From assembly GCF_032444005.1 (NCBI RefSeq), contig NC_091290.1, positions 43,338,001 through 43,402,000 of the forward strand: a stretch of 64,000 nt of DNA. The letters run 5' to 3'. Under the pieces are notes generated by a model. The model was not told the DNA's origin and made no database searches. It saw only the letters and a list, made by a program, of their open reading frames with translations. The position numbers and the translations under genes are program-made. The DNA is from Ranitomeya imitator (taxonomy: Eukaryota). This document shows positions 48,101 through 62,191 of the stretch, one piece after another (position 1 is the stretch's first letter; each line of letters starts with the position of its first letter).

Positions 48101-49731
48101 TAGAATTGGGGTTTACACTGTTTAGGCACATCAGGGCTCTCCTAACGCAACATGGTGTCCGATCTCAATTCCAGCCAATTCTGCTTTGATAAAGTAAAAC
48201 AGTGCTCCATCCCTTCTGAGCTCTCCCGTGTGCCCAAAAAGGGGTTTACCCCAACATATGGGGTATCAGCGTACTCAGGACAAATTGCACAACGACTTCT
48301 GGGGACCAATTTTTCTTGTTACCCTTGGGAAAATACAAATTTGGGGGGCTAAAAAAACATTTTTATGGGACAAAAATGATTTTTTTATTTTCACGGCTCT
48401 GCGTTACTAACTGTAGTGAAACACGTGGGGGTTCAAAGTTCTCACAACACATCTAGATAAGTTCCTTGGGGTGTCTAGTTTCCAATATGGGGTCACTTGT
48501 GGGGGGTTTCTACTGTTTAGGTACATTAGGGGCTCTGCAAATGCAATGTGACACCTGCAGACCATTCCATCTAAGTCTGCATTCCAAATGGTGCTCCTTC
48601 CCTTCCGAGCTCTGCCATGCGCCGAAACGGTGGTTCCCCCCACATATGGGGTATCAGCGTACTCAGGACAAATTGGACCACAACTTTTGGGGTCCAATTT
48701 CTCCTGTTAGCCTTGGGAAAATTCAAAACTGGGGGCTAAAAAATAATTTTTGTGGAAAAAAAAGAATTTTTATTTTCACGGCTCTACGTTATAAACTGTA
48801 GTGAAAGACATGGGGGTTCAAAGCTCTAACAACACATCTAGAAAAGATCCTTAGGGGGTCTACTTTCCAAAGTGGTGTCACTTGTGGGGGGTTTCAATGT
48901 TTAGGCACATCAGGGGCTCTCCAAAAACAACATGGCGTCCCATCTCAATTCCAGCCAATTTTGCATTGAAAAGTCAAACGCCGCTCCTTCCCTTCCGAGC
49001 TCTGCCATGCGCCCAAACAGTGGTTTACCCCCACATATGGGGTGTCAGCGTACTCAGAACAAATTGCACAACGTTTGGGGTACAATTTCTTCTGGTAACC
49101 TTGGGAAAATAAAAAATTTGGGGTGAAAAGTTCATTTTTGTGAAAAAATATTATTTTTTATTTTTACGGCTCTACATTATAAACTTCTGTGAAGCACTTT
49201 GGGATTCAAAGTGCTCACCACACATCTAGATAAGTTCCCTGGGGGGTCTATTTTCCAAAATGGTGTCACTTGTGGGGGGTTTCCACTGTTTAGGCACATC
49301 AGGGGCTCCAAAATGGTGTCACTTTTGGGGGGGTTCAATGTTTAGGCACATTAGTGGCTCTCCAAACGCAACATGGCGTCCCATCTCAATTCCAGCCAAT
49401 TTTGCATTGAAAAGTCAAATGGCGCTCCTTCCCTTCCGATCTCTGCCATGTACCCAAACAGTGGTTTACCTCCACATATGGGGTATCCGGGTACTCAGGA
49501 CAAATTGTACAACAACTTTTGTGGTCCATTTTCTCCTGTTACCCTTGGTAAAATAAAACAAATTGAAACTGAAGTAAATTTTTTGCGAAAAAAAAATTAA
49601 ATATTCATTTTTTTTAAACATTCCAAAAATTCCTGTGAAACACCTGAAGGGTTAATAAACTTCTTGAATGTGGTTTTGAGCACCTCGAGGGAGCTCAATG
49701 AATGGTGTCACACTTGGGTATTTTCTATCAT

Positions 49732-49899
49732 TGAAAAAAAAAAAAACCACGATGTTCCAGCTCCAAAAGGTAAAATAAACAAACTTTATTAGGAAAATAT
49801 AAAAACATGAAAAATCATGAGCTCCATGAAGACAACACCATGACCTGCGTGAGTTTGGCTACGCATTTCGACCGGAAAGGTCTTTGTCAAAGCACAAAT
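49732..49899 (-). mobile_element. Short Penelope-like pLTR fragment
   Basis: Minus strand TTGACAAAGACC-TTTCC-GGTCGAAATGCGT...AATAAAG...TTTTGGAGCTG. Appears to interrupt the piggyBac sequence. Confidence 0.5.
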
Positions 49900-50394
49900 G
49901 ACCCCTCAAAATGACTTAAAATGTGACGTGTTCCCTAAAAAAATGGTGTTGTAAAAATGAGAAATTGCTGGTCAACTTTTAACCCTTATAACTCCCTAAC
50001 AAAAAAAAATGTTGTTTCCAAAATTGTGCTGATGTAAAGTAGACATGTGGGAAATGTTACTTATTAAGTATTTTCTGTGACATACTGTATCTCTGTGATT
50101 TAAGGGCATTAGGATAATGATTGTCACTGTAATTTTTTCATACAAACTTTTTTTTTACTTTCACTGATTTTTCTTTTCACTTTTTTCTTCTAAGTGTTTC
50201 TTCTTTTTCTCTCCATTTTACTTTTTTCTCTACTTTTTTCTCAGCTTCTTTTCTCAGTACTTTTTTTCTCTCTTTATTTTATAGTAAATTTAATAATAAA
50301 TAGTACAATTTGCACACGCCCCAAACAATGCATGTAAAAGCACCACTTACACACAAGCCCAATGTTTTGAAGAATAAAATAAAAATGGCCCATT

Positions 50395-51700
50395 CGTGAA
50401 TAAGACGCTATTCTCAAGAGGAGGCATATGCTTTACTAGCCTTCAACATGGATTTAGGAAGTGATGAAGATCTCACATTCCTCTATTTTTCTTCCTCCTC
50501 CTGATTTAGTGAGGAGGGACCTACAGCAAGGCACCCTAGGACCGAGGCAAACCTTTCAGCAATTGATCCCCTATGGACTCTCACCCCCCGGAGATTATCG
50601 GCCTGTTATTTGAGATTTCATGGGCAGCTCAGGAATCCAATTTGACGTTACAGGCCTCACTGAAACTGACTTTTTCAAATTCTTTTCCAGCAAGGATATA
50701 GTACATCTTATGGCGGCCAAGATAAATTTGTATGGCCATCAATTTTTTGACCCAAAATCCCACATCATCATACGCCAGACTGACTCTTGCAAAATGCAGC
50801 AGAAATTATGACATTGTGGGTCATTGTACTGCATATGGGCACAGTGAAAAAAACAGAGCTTCAGAAGTACTGATATACTATTTAGCACCCCATTTTTTGT
50901 ATAGGCATGGCAAGGGCACGATTTGAAGCAATCAAAAAATGTTTGCATTATAGTGACAGCATTAAACTCTGCAAGCTGTGTGAGAGTACCTCAGTGTACA
51001 CTCACAGATTTAGGGTCTATGAAGGAAGGGACACCCAGATTGAACTCCTTGAATGCCTCCGTGTTTTGGGGGTGAGTGGGAAAATGGTGTGGGAATTGCT
51101 GCACACCCTGCTGGATAAAGGTTATCACCTCTATGTAGATAATTTTTATACCCACATCCCACTCTTCAAGACAATATCTGCCAGAGGTACTGTTGCACAT
51201 AGCCACTGTGCAAAGAACTCAAAGAGACCTCCCTAACCACAACAGAAGTCCCAAAACTAGATTGTATTCTGGATTATAAGTTCATGGGGGTATAGATCTC
51301 TCAGATCAGGTCCTCAAACCATACAGTGCCATGCAAAAAGCTAAAGTATGGTACAAAAAGTTGTTAGTGCACATTGTACGGATGAGTCTCTACAATGCTA
51401 TTGTGCTGTTTTGATGTGCGGGCAATATCGTGACCTTCCTTCAGTTTAAGGAGGAAGTCATCAAGGCCCTAATGTATGGCAGTCAGGAAGGTACTTCTGA
51501 AAATTATGGTGCCCGCATCGTACCAGGTCAACATTTTCCCAGTTAGGTTCCCCAAACTGCGAAGAAGAAATGAACACAAAAAAGGTGCAGCATATATGAA
51601 TATATATGAAAGGATACAATTTGCCATAGTGAAACATACCCTGAGAAACATGACCTTTGCATTAAGGATAATTTCAAAACTTTCCACATTTCTATAAGTG
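50395..51700 (+). pseudogene. piggyBac (PGBD4-like) transposase remnant
   Basis: MARARFEAIKKCLHYSD and KGYHLYVDNFYT, a frameshifted GGVDLSDQ region, and a decayed C-terminal Cys-rich domain. Many stops and deletions. Confidence 0.85.
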
Positions 51701-54549
51701 AATAAAGTTTGTTTTTTCACTGTTGACACAACACATTTTAATAATTGTATGCAGTCTGCACAACTTACATATAGCAACTCATAATAAATTCATACACCAG
51801 TAAATCTAAAATAATTATTAGCATTATTATAACTAGACCTCTAGATAATTCCTTAGGGAATGTAGTTTCCAAAAATGGTGTCACTTGTGGGGAGTTTCCA
51901 CTATTTAGGCACATCAGGGGCTCTCCAAACTCAACATGGTGAACGCAGACCGTTCCATCAAAGTGTACGTTCCAAAACATCGCTCCATCCTTTTGGAGCT
52001 CAACCGTGTGTCCAAACAGTAGTTTCCCACCACATTACACAGGAGAAATTGCACAACAAAATTGATTTCAGTAAATTTGGCCTTTTAATTCTACAAACTC
52101 AAAAAATGACGATTTCCAGATCTTTGCAACCTATTAAATGTTTGGGAACTCTGTCATGCATAATAGTTTGGAACAGTGCATTTTGAGTTTTTTTAGTATT
52201 GAAAAACTACTGTAATCATTGGGACGTTTGTCCAGTAACATTTGGTTGATGATTTGAACATTGTACTGACTCATTTGCATCAAACATTTAGGAAAATCAG
52301 AGAAAAATAGCATTTGTATAATGGAATGGTGTTTATGGGGTCTGGCATGAGGTATACATATTTTTAGGACCATCTAGGGTGAGAGTTTTGTGGTCTGTCT
52401 GTTTTACAATTTATAGAGTCTGGGTTTACGAAATTAGTTCTTTACGCCAGGCTTGATAAAAATTCTAACTAAATGCAAAATAAAACTAAGGTTATTATTG
52501 CAGAAAAAAATCCTCTCCATTTATGTTGTCCTCACTGTATGGTCCTTCTAGTGAGTGCAATACATAGGGAATATTCATAAAAAAGCTTATTTGGATAAAC
52601 CATGCCCCAATTTCAAGCGAGATGCTGAAAAATAAATTAACCCTGCATGAAGGTTAAAAGTCAATATGTCCTTAGAAATTATTTTCAGATGATCAGAACA
52701 TTTAGGGAACATATACCCTAAATCATGCTACACACCTGAGAAATATTTGTGTCATTTTTCCATTTCCTACTGCTTTGTCACTTTATAAAAAAAATGAGAG
52801 TGGAGCTTTGCAGAGGGGTCATTTGGCTACCAGCGACCCAATATATTTAAAATTTAAATTTTGGAGAATAAAATGTAATGATTTAGTCCAGTGATTCAAC
52901 ACAACTTAAAATTGACCTCTTGGTCCTCCACTTCTTACTTAGGTGTTTGATAAAATTGAGGTCTTAATTTATTCTTCACCTTGAACCCTCTTCTTTATCA
53001 GTCTAAATGAATATTGTAAGAAGTTTCCAGTAAATCTAAAAATATCAGCATTCATTTCATAATGGAATGGTCAATTGATTTTGGAGATAGGATTAAAACT
53101 CAGGCATGTTATTTAATAAAAATTGGAAAAAAATAAAAATTTTCTGTTGAAGTACAGCAAAGCTCAAATACATTTTAAAAAATGTCTACTTATTCATCAA
53201 CTAGATCATCTTTCTTTGGCTTAATTATCAAAGAGGACAAAAAATATTCTAAAATCATCAAAAACTTTGGTGACAATGAGGGAATTAATCAAGATTGGTG
53301 CTTTGCACTCCAGTCTTGAACCTAAAGCTCACTAGAGTGAGGGGCACCAAATTTATTAACATGTCAATTCCTTTTAATAAATTTGGCGCATCTTATGACA
53401 TCTGGTGTAGATGCCAGCTACAATGTACAGCAGTTTTCAGGTGAATATTAGAGTCAATTTGTCACAGTGCAACAGACCACATGACTTTTGCAATGACCAG
53501 CCCACTTAAAAAAAAATGATCAGGAGGTTGCTGCAAAAAAAAATCTCAAAATTTTGTACGAAATGCCATTTACAGCAAATCTTGTGACAGCAGTTTTCTG
53601 GCACATAAAGAATGATAAATTCTTCTAATATCTGTTTTTTAGTCTCTTTATTAGTATGAAGCAAATCAGCACATGACTAACACCAAGGAAAAAGTGGATC
53701 AAGTCACTTTCAAAAGTTTTTGTAGCATGCCACCTTAGAAAGTTGGTGTATTCTGAGACTATTTAACTAGACCTTGTAAAGTGATAGCTGCAAGTCATTA
53801 ATAGGAAACTTGCCCCCCTGCACCCAACTTCATGTGAGCTTTCTCTGGCTGATGTAATATTCTGCAAAGTGTAACATCAAAGCTTTGAGAAAAGAAATCA
53901 CAAAATCTGATTTGGCTTTCTACTTCTTTACCTAACTGCAGTGTACTTGCATGATGATTTTCTTATAGCTTTCTTATCAGAAGCGCCTATTTAGGTGTTA
54001 ACTTCAATGGTTGGCCTGGAAGTTTCTGTGAGATGATTGCTTTCTATCTTTGTTACATTTCTATATCACTTTTTTCCAGTATTCTGAATGATAAGTAAAG
54101 GTTTCATTATCTTTTTGTAGCCTTCACCTTTCTTGTGATTCTTAGGTGTTGTCACATTTCTCTACCATGTGGTGCCATTGCTGACAATAGTAAGAGGTTT
54201 TCTTTGCTACGTAATGACCTTTTATAGTCTGCTGGGCATCTGTTTAATTAATAATTAGACTTACTTGTGGTTGAATTCTTCTTAATTAGAATTCTGTAGT
54301 TTAAACTTTAGGTTTGCTCCTATCACTTTTCATTGGGGTGTACTCATTTTGTCAACATGTTCTTCAATAAATTTTTTCGTAAAGTTACCTTTTTGAATTT
54401 ACAAAATAACAAATCTTGTTTGCAATCAGTGGTCCACACTTGCAGGAATATTTTGTAACATGCTATCCAATATAAAATGTTCATTCTGAAAGGAAACTAA
54501 AGGTTTTCTTACAAATGTGTTGGGATCTACTCATTTATTCTAAGATATA

Positions 54550-55195
54550 CAGTGCCTTGCGAAAGTATTTGGCTCCCTGGAACTTCTCAACCTTTTCCCA
54601 CATATTATGCTTGAAACATAAAGATACTAAATGTAAATTTTTGGTGAAGAATCAACAACAAGTGGAACACAATTGTGAAATTGAGTGAAATTTATTGGTT
54701 ATTTTAAATTTTTGTGGAAAATCAAATCAATAGGCTGCTTGCCTATTGCAGATTCAGTCTTCCCAGCCTGGTGCAGGGCTACAATTTTGTTTCTGTTGTC
54801 CTTCGACAGCTCTTTGGTCTTCACCATAGTGGAGTTTGGAGTGTGACTGTTTGAGGTTGTGGACAGGTGTCTTTTATACTGATAAGTTCAAACAGATGAC
54901 ATTACTACAGGTAATGAGTGGAGGACAGAGGAGCCTCTTAAAGAAGAAGTTACAGGTCAGGTCTGTGAGAGCCAGAAATCTTGCTTGTTTTTAGGTGACC
55001 AAATACTTATTTTCCACCATAATTTGTAAAATACATCTTGCCAAATCAGACAGGGTGATTTTCTGGATTTGTTTTCTCATTTTCACTCTCATAGTTGTGG
55101 TCTACCTTTGATGTCAATTACAGGCCTCTCTCATCTTTTTAAGCGGGAGAACTTGCACAGCTGGTGGCTGACTAAATACTTTTTTTCCCCACTGT
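54550..55195. mobile_element. Tc1/mariner remnants (ends of two families)
   Basis: TA|CAGTGCCTTGCGAAAGTATT on the left and TAAATACTTTTTTTCCCCACTG|TA on the right; the two termini do not match. Confidence 0.65.
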
Positions 55196-55792
55196 AGGTA
55201 TAAAACCTCTGGAAGAAAAATAACAAGAAAATTATTGTCTCTCCCTCATATTCTCTGTCTGTCCATCTCTTTCTCTCTCTCTCTCATTCTCTATCTCTTT
55301 CTTTATCTCTTTTTCTCTCTCTATCATTCTCTGTCTCTATCTTTTTCTCTCTGTCTCTCTATCTTTTTCTCTATCTCTTTTTCTTTCTTTACCTCTTTAG
55401 CTTTCTCTCTCATATGGAGTTGGTTTGGGCTTTTATTCTGTTTTCTTGATGTATTCCTTCTTATGTCGTGTTTGTTAAAATTTGTAACGTGATAAAAAAA
55501 ACTAAAAAATAATTATTTTAACTTAAAGACCAAAATACAATTCTCTTCTAATATTTATATTTTTATTAGTAACTTATCCTTATCATAAGAAGTGAAAAAG
55601 TGGGGCGGGTTGCTTAGTGTGTAGTGGTTTTATGCTGTTGAGGCAGACAAGTAAAGCAATCATTTTTCTTGGTCTCTTATGATCTCTATTTGTCACAGGG
55701 CTCGGCTATAGAACTACTTTGTCAGATATTCTGAAATAGTTTATTAGAATTACAGTTCACTCAGCATTTATTAGATGTCACTGTAACACTAA

Positions 55793-57567
55793 CGCTATGT
55801 GCACACGTCGCGTATTTTGATGCGGATCCGCAGCGTTTTTGGACGCGCGGAATTGCATCAAATCCACAGTGTAGTGCACAAGCAATGTTAGTCAATGTGA
55901 AATTGAGATTTGGTGTGCACATGCTGCGGAAAAAAGTGCAGAATCGCAGCTTTTTTTTCCCGCAGCATGTCAATTCTTTCTGTGGATCTGCAGCATTTCT
56001 GCATCCATTGACTTCCATTGTGTCAGGCCAATCCGCAGCAAAACCGCAGGTTTAAAAAAGATCTGTGGATTTGCTGCGGATGTGCCTGCGAGAAACGCTG
56101 CAGATCAGGAGGGGGAAGAGTGTGTGTGTGGGCGGAGACTGTGTGTGTGCAGAGAAGATGTGCGGGGCTGTGTGTGGGTGTTTGTGTGTCTGTGTGGAGA
56201 AGATATGTGGGATGTGTGTGTGTGCGGGTGTTTCTGTGTATCTGTGTTGGTGTGCAGGGCTGTATGTGTGTGTGCGGAGCTGTGTGTGTGTGCATGCGGG
56301 TCTGTGTGTAGGTAGGCATCATCCGATAGGACTACTAGGCCCATCCGGCTATGCCTGCTACAGTGACAGGTAACCGGAGGATGGGACAGTAGTAATCCCA
56401 TCCTCTGGCTACTGTGTTCAAGTGTAAAAAAAAAAACACATATACAGTACATACATATAGACATAAAGTACATACAACATACAGTATAAACTCACCAATC
56501 ACCTAGTCCCCAAAGCCCTCCATCACCTGTAAAAAATATAAAAATAATAAACCAACAGTATACTCCCTGATCCGATGTAATCCATTTAATAGTGAGTGTT
56601 CCATGATGATCTCCCATGGAGAGCTGTCACATCGGCAGATATGACCGCTCTCCAGGGGCATCGGTGATACAATGATGGAAGGTGTCCTTCCGCACTGTAT
56701 CCCTCCACCGCTGTGAGTGCAGAGTTCATACTGTTACTTGCGGCACCGCTGTGTGGGAAAATTCTCACGCAGCAGTGCCGTAAAGTGAGAGCAATGAACT
56801 CATTGAACCCTCAGTGATAACACTGCAGGAGCCATTGTCTTCTGTCAGCGCATCACTGGAGGGCTATAGAGCTGTCACATCTCCTGATGTGACAGCTCTA
56901 TAGGGGAGATCATCGTGGGACACTCGTTATTAATTGGACTGCGTCGGACCAGGGAGTATACTGTTGGTTTATTATTTTTTATTTTTTGCAGTTGATCGAT
57001 GGCTTCGAGGAATTAGGCGTGGTTGTAAGTATGGCGAAATTAAGAATATTAAAATACTTTTTCTGTCTTTGTCTTCATTTAACTCTTTCATACTATAGGA
57101 TTAGTAATGGATAGATATCTTATTAACACCTCTCCATTACTAGCCTGGCTTAATGTCACCTTACAATCAAAGGTGAGATTAACCCATTATTACCCCATAT
57201 GTCACCGCTACAGGGCAGTGGAAAGAGAGAGGCTAAGTGCCGGAATTGACTCATCTTACAGATACGCCATTTCTGGGGCGGCACGGAGCTGGTATTTGTA
57301 GCCGGGGGGCAATATCCTTGCCCCCTCTCTAGGCAATGAATATCAGCCTGCGACTGACTGCATAGCATTTTCTGGCTATTAACTATATGGACACCCCATG
57401 TCATTTTTGGGGGGGCCCCTATTTTAAGAAAATTGTGTGAGAGCCCATGTCATTTTTTTTTCATTTTTTAAAAAATTAAAGATATTGCGTGCAGATTTTG
57501 TGTGTGTGTATTTATTTAGCTATTTATATACTATTTTATTAGGTTCCTTGCTAAACATCGGCCTTGG

Positions 57568-57615
<48 letters not shown>

Positions 57616-57999
57616 CCTATCTATCTATAGATCTATCTATCTATCTCCTATCTATCTATCTATAGATATATCTATTATCTATCTAAGTATCTATCATCTA
57701 TCTGTCTGTCTATATCTGTGTGTGTAAACATTATTCTTCAATAGAGTAGGTAAATGAAGAGGTTGGACAAATGACAAGAAAATAAATGACATCACATTTC
57801 TTTTTTTTGTTAAATAATAGATCTTTATTTAGGCTACAAAAACGCATGAAAATCCACATAAAAAAATGCATCAAAAATGCATCAAAACACTTCAAAAACG
57901 CATCAAAAACGTGTGGATTTTTACCTGCGTTTTCTGCCAAGAGACGCAGATTCTGAGCGGAAAATTCTGCAGACAAATCTGCAACGTGTGCACATACCC
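55793..57999. mobile_element. Non-autonomous Harbinger-type element with internal quasi-palindrome and (TCTA)n
   Basis: TIR CGCTATGTGCACACGT / ACGTGTGCACATACCC, TAA TSD. Inverted arms ~56490-56650 and ~56870-56990. Confidence 0.85.
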
Positions 58000-58851
58000 T
58001 AAAGCATCACAAAGTCTAGATATGGCAGGTAGTAAGTGTACGTGATTTTAAACAAAATTAATGCTTAAAAAAATCAAGTTAATATAGTGGTAAAAATAAT
58101 GTTAACAATGGAGTTAAAACTTGAAAATATAAATACAATTTTAAACATTATAACACTCCAGGGCTATCATTTAAATTTAAAATATCACAATATCATAATT
58201 ATTCTTAACGTTTACTGAAAACCTTTAAAATTCTGACATTATATGGGGAAAAATTATAAATTTATTGATTTGAAATCCAATACCAAACACAGATTGAGAC
58301 ACTAGAAGATCCTGGTCACGTGTAAAGTTATAACTAGTATCAAAAGGGAAAAAATTGTAAATAATCCATAAAAAGAGACATCCCGAAGCGCTCCAAATTT
58401 GGTGCAAAAGTAAAACAGTGTTTATTTTCCTAGTCGTACGCAACATTTTAACGTTTAACAAAGAACAATTCATGGTAAATTTGTAGTTTTAGTTATTAGC
58501 AATGTTAATATTGTATTACATAAAATTCTTAATATACAAAAGAATCCAAGCAAAAAAGTGAAAAAATAAATAAAATTAGTTAAATATTGATGTGCTTGGA
58601 AAATCCAGTGATTTAAAATTATTGATAAATTGTGATTATCTACAGAGTTTTTAATAAGAGGAGCACATACCTGGATGACAGACTCTGGAGCTGTGTGAGT
58701 AATGAAACAGGTAATCAAGAGGAAACTAACTCAGCAGGACCTAAAGGAGGAAACTCTTGGATAAAAGCTGCTTAACCATTTAAGCCAAGCCTACTAGCAC
58801 CTACTGACAAGTCTGACATTGGTTGTAGAGTTTTACAGAACTGCACTATTA

Positions 58852-59242
58852 GGGCTTAATCCCACTTGCCATGAAATCGGGCAAAGGCAATCCGCTAAAA
58901 AATCAGATTGAATTCGGGCCAATGTTATTTTATGATTGTGTCTTCATCCGCGTTTTTTTTCCAGCTCAGGTCGGATCACGAATAAACTGGAAAAAAGTCG
59001 CAGCATGCTGTGATTGTAATCGAAATTTGTATCACATCCTGCAATAGAAGTCAATGGGTGCTAGACAAAAATAACACAGCACTCGGACCATGCAAGTGCT
59101 GTCCAATTTTTATACACCAAGCGCATTTGAAAATCCAGCAATTCATGTGTGGGTACAGTAAAATCACACTGACTGGTTAGAATAGAATAAATAGAATAGA
59201 TATATGCACATAGAATATATATATATATATATATATATAAAA

Positions 59243-59282
<40 letters not shown>

Positions 59283-59354
59283 TGTATATGTCAGTGACAC
59301 ACATGTATATGTATTTATATTACATAGATAGATAGAAGAAAAGCCGGTAATTCT
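58852..59354. mobile_element. Truncated Harbinger-type MITE related to 19849-22434
   Basis: TTA|GGGCTTAATCCCAC start. Shares GTACAGTAAAATCACACTGAC...AAAAGCCGGTAATTC. Interrupted by the Penelope-like element. Confidence 0.65.
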
Positions 59355-61330
59355 GCAGCCGCGGTAGTGAGGTCAGTTACGGAACCCCTATCTAGATACT
59401 TAGACTGGCTGTTGAGACCACTGCTACGAGATGTACCTTCTTATTTGAAGGACACTAATGATTTTTTGCGCAACATCAGGGGGTTTCAATGGCAGGAAGG
59501 TTTTAATTTTACCTCCATTGATGTGGAGCGTCTTTATACCCGGATTCCTCAGAATATGGGGGTAACGGCGATCAGGGAAATTCTGTCTCATACGCCTACA
59601 GATGGGAGCACAATTGACTTCATTTGTGAAGCTTTATCTTTTGTTCTTAGTCATAATGACTTTCGATTTAATGATTCCTGGTATATCCAGGAGGAAGGTA
59701 CGGCCATGGGCACGTCGGTGTCTTGTACTCTGGCTAACCCTTTTTTGGCGGTGTTTGAGGAGAGATTCATCTACTCTATAGATAACCCGTTTTTGAAGTA
59801 CATTAAGCTTTATATAAGGTATATTGATAATATCTTTATGGTTTGGGACTTCGCTCAGGATGTATTTGTACAGTTTGCAGAGTATTTGGGGGTCGTGAAT
59901 ACAATGAACATGAAGTTTACATCTCATTTTGGAGGCGCAGTTTTGGATTTTTTAGATGTAAAGGTGGAAATAAAAGAAGGGATTGTTCACACTTTTCCGT
60001 AAACTGACCTCTTCTGATTCTTTACTTCATTATGAGAGCGCACATCCACAATATACCAAACGTTCCTTACCTTACAGTCAGTTTCTCAGAGTAAGAAGGA
60101 TAAATAGTACATTGTCGGGTTTTAAAGAGCAGTCTTTGGCACTGCACAAGGGGTTTCAGAATCGGGGTTACCCACCTTCCATCCTGGATGCAGCTTTGGC
60201 TAGAGTGGAGAATGATGGGGTAAATCTCTCTTCTATTAGATTGAAAAACAGGGAGGGTGACGGGCGATTTATTTTCTCTTTTAAATTTGGCCCTATGGAT
60301 AATGTGATCAGGACAGTCATTAGAAAAAATTGGGATATTTTGTGCAGGGATAGTGACCTTAAGGATAGAACTGATAATGGTCCTCTTTTTGCCAGCCGCC
60401 GTGGAAAAAATATAAAAGACTTATTGGTGAACAATTAGGTTCGGCCCAAGGGTAGGAATTGGTTAACGGAATGTGTCCCTAGAGGTAACTTCAAGTGCGG
60501 GCAGTGTAATTTTTGTTCCTTTCACCAGATTGGTAGGACTTGTAAAATTGGCCCTATGGATCATGTGGTGCGTGATTTTATCTTCTGTAAAACCACGCAT
60601 GTTGTGTATGCCATTTTGTGCCCGTGCGGTTTGTACTATATTGGCAAGACTTTTCATCCTCTTTTTGTTCGTATAAGTGAGCACTTCAGTTCGGTCCGCA
60701 CAGGGAAGGGTGTTGCCCGTCTTATCAGCCATGTGAGACAGATGCACAATGGAGATGTAAAGTCACTAGTATTTCTTGGTTTAGAAAGAGTTTTTTTACC
60801 GCAACTGGGTGGGGATCTGAATAGGCTCCTTCTAAGAAGGGAGGCGACATGGATATTACGTACTAACGCATTGGGCCCAATGGGCCTTAATGAGAAAATA
60901 GATATGTCGGTCTTTCTGTAAGTTTTTTCATTATTTGATGTGTTTTTTTGTTTTTTTGTTTTATGCTGTTCATTTGATTTTTCGCTTTTCGTTTTCTTTG
61001 GTTAAAATTCCTTGTGTTCCTTTTTATTTGTGAGCACTAATGTTTTATATGTTTGATTAATGTTTTTTTCTTTGTTCTTCTCTTTTTTATGTTTCACATT
61101 TTGGTGTAGGGGGAGTTTTTTGGTATGATGTCATTTCGGGGGAGGGGTTGCATTTGTATATATTGTTACCTCATTTCCCGTTCTGACATCGGGATCTGTA
61201 GAAGCGCCGTGTGCGCGAAACAGCTGTCATCCTGTGGTCAACATGATCTCCTTGTCCATTTGGCACATGTCCTAATAAAGACTTCATTGTTCTACCGGGC
61301 TGGGTGAGAGCAAACCTTCTTTTTTTCTTT
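59355..61330 (+). mobile_element. Penelope-like element, 5'-truncated: RT, GIY-YIG endonuclease and pLTR
   Basis: GTAMG..LAN and YIRYIDNIF (RT, second Asp replaced by Asn); SLPYSQFLRVRRINS; VVYAILCPCGLYYIGKT...RISEH (GIY-YIG). Frameshift near 60000 and a stop at ~60436. Confidence 0.93.
61190..61234 (+). ncRNA. Minimal type I hammerhead ribozyme motif, variant core
   Basis: CGGGAT / CTGTAGA-A / GCGC-CGTGT-GCGC / GAAAC-AGCT-GTC / ATCCTG: stem I 6 bp, stem II 4 bp, palindromic stem III loop, GUC triplet. A6 is replaced by U. Confidence 0.7.
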
Positions 61331-61339
61331 TTTTTCTAG

Positions 61340-62190
61340 ATTGTCATGTCTCTGCTAAGGGAGCTCCGCAAGCCTGGATGTTTTCTCTCCCCTCTATGGC
61401 CCCTGAGAGAGTGTCGGTGGATGCATTTTTTGAGGCCATAGGGCACATTTACGATGAGCCTGATACAGTGGGTCTGGCGGATCATATGCTGATGAGTGTT
61501 TGTCAGGGGAAGCACTCAGCCGAGTGGTTTTGTTTGGAATTCAGATGTTGGGCTGCTGAGGTTTCGTGGGATGATGCCGCCCTCCAGGGCTTGTTCAGTA
61601 GAGGCCTGTCCAAACATCTGAAGGATGCCCTGGCACTTCATCCCCCACCTGATTCCCTGGAAGATGCCATGACGTAGGGAATTCGTATGGATCGCAGGTT
61701 ACAGGCAAGAGGTGTTATGCTATAGGAAACATCACTGTTCCCCAGTGGAGACGAAGCCATGGCTACTTCGGAGGCTATGGAGGTGGGCGCCATCACTTTG
61801 AAATAGAGAAGACATCATCTTGAGAAGCAGCTGTGCTTCTATTGTGGAGAATCGGGACACTGGAAGAGAGATTGTCTGTCCTGCCCTTCACCATTCAAGA
61901 CAGCGGGAAACGACTAGGACTGGGTGGTGGTCGAGGAAGCCATCCAGACCCTCAGGTACATTTTTCCTCATTTGCTAAAGGTTAGCTTCTAGTGGAACTG
62001 TTGGTGCACTGTTGTCCTTATTTTTATACAGCTTTTGTGGACTGCGGTTCACCCATCAACTTGGTCAGTCCTCACTTGATTTCCCAATGCAAGATAGGGA
62101 CAGTTTGACTCCAGACTCCGATTAAAGTGGTGGCCATTGACTCCTCTCCCCTCACTAAAGACGGAATTCGTTACACTTCAGAGGTCTTTT
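61340..62190 (+). pseudogene. Gypsy gag-protease remnant
   Basis: Retrotrans_gag-like CQGKHSAEWFCLEFR, knuckle CFYCGESGHWKRDC, protease-like FVDCGS. Multiple stops. Confidence 0.8.
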
Positions 62191-62191
62191 C

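Larger units (their letters stand above)
46451..52055 (+). mobile_element. Decayed piggyBac-family element; left end present, right end not found
   Basis: TTAA|CTCCTTAATCCC start, ~390-bp subterminal tandem repeats (48110-49700), transposase remnant. Confidence 0.75.

Noticed and set aside
52056-54549. AT-rich unique-looking stretch as a possible host exon region
   Set aside because: No ORF or splice pattern that I can support.
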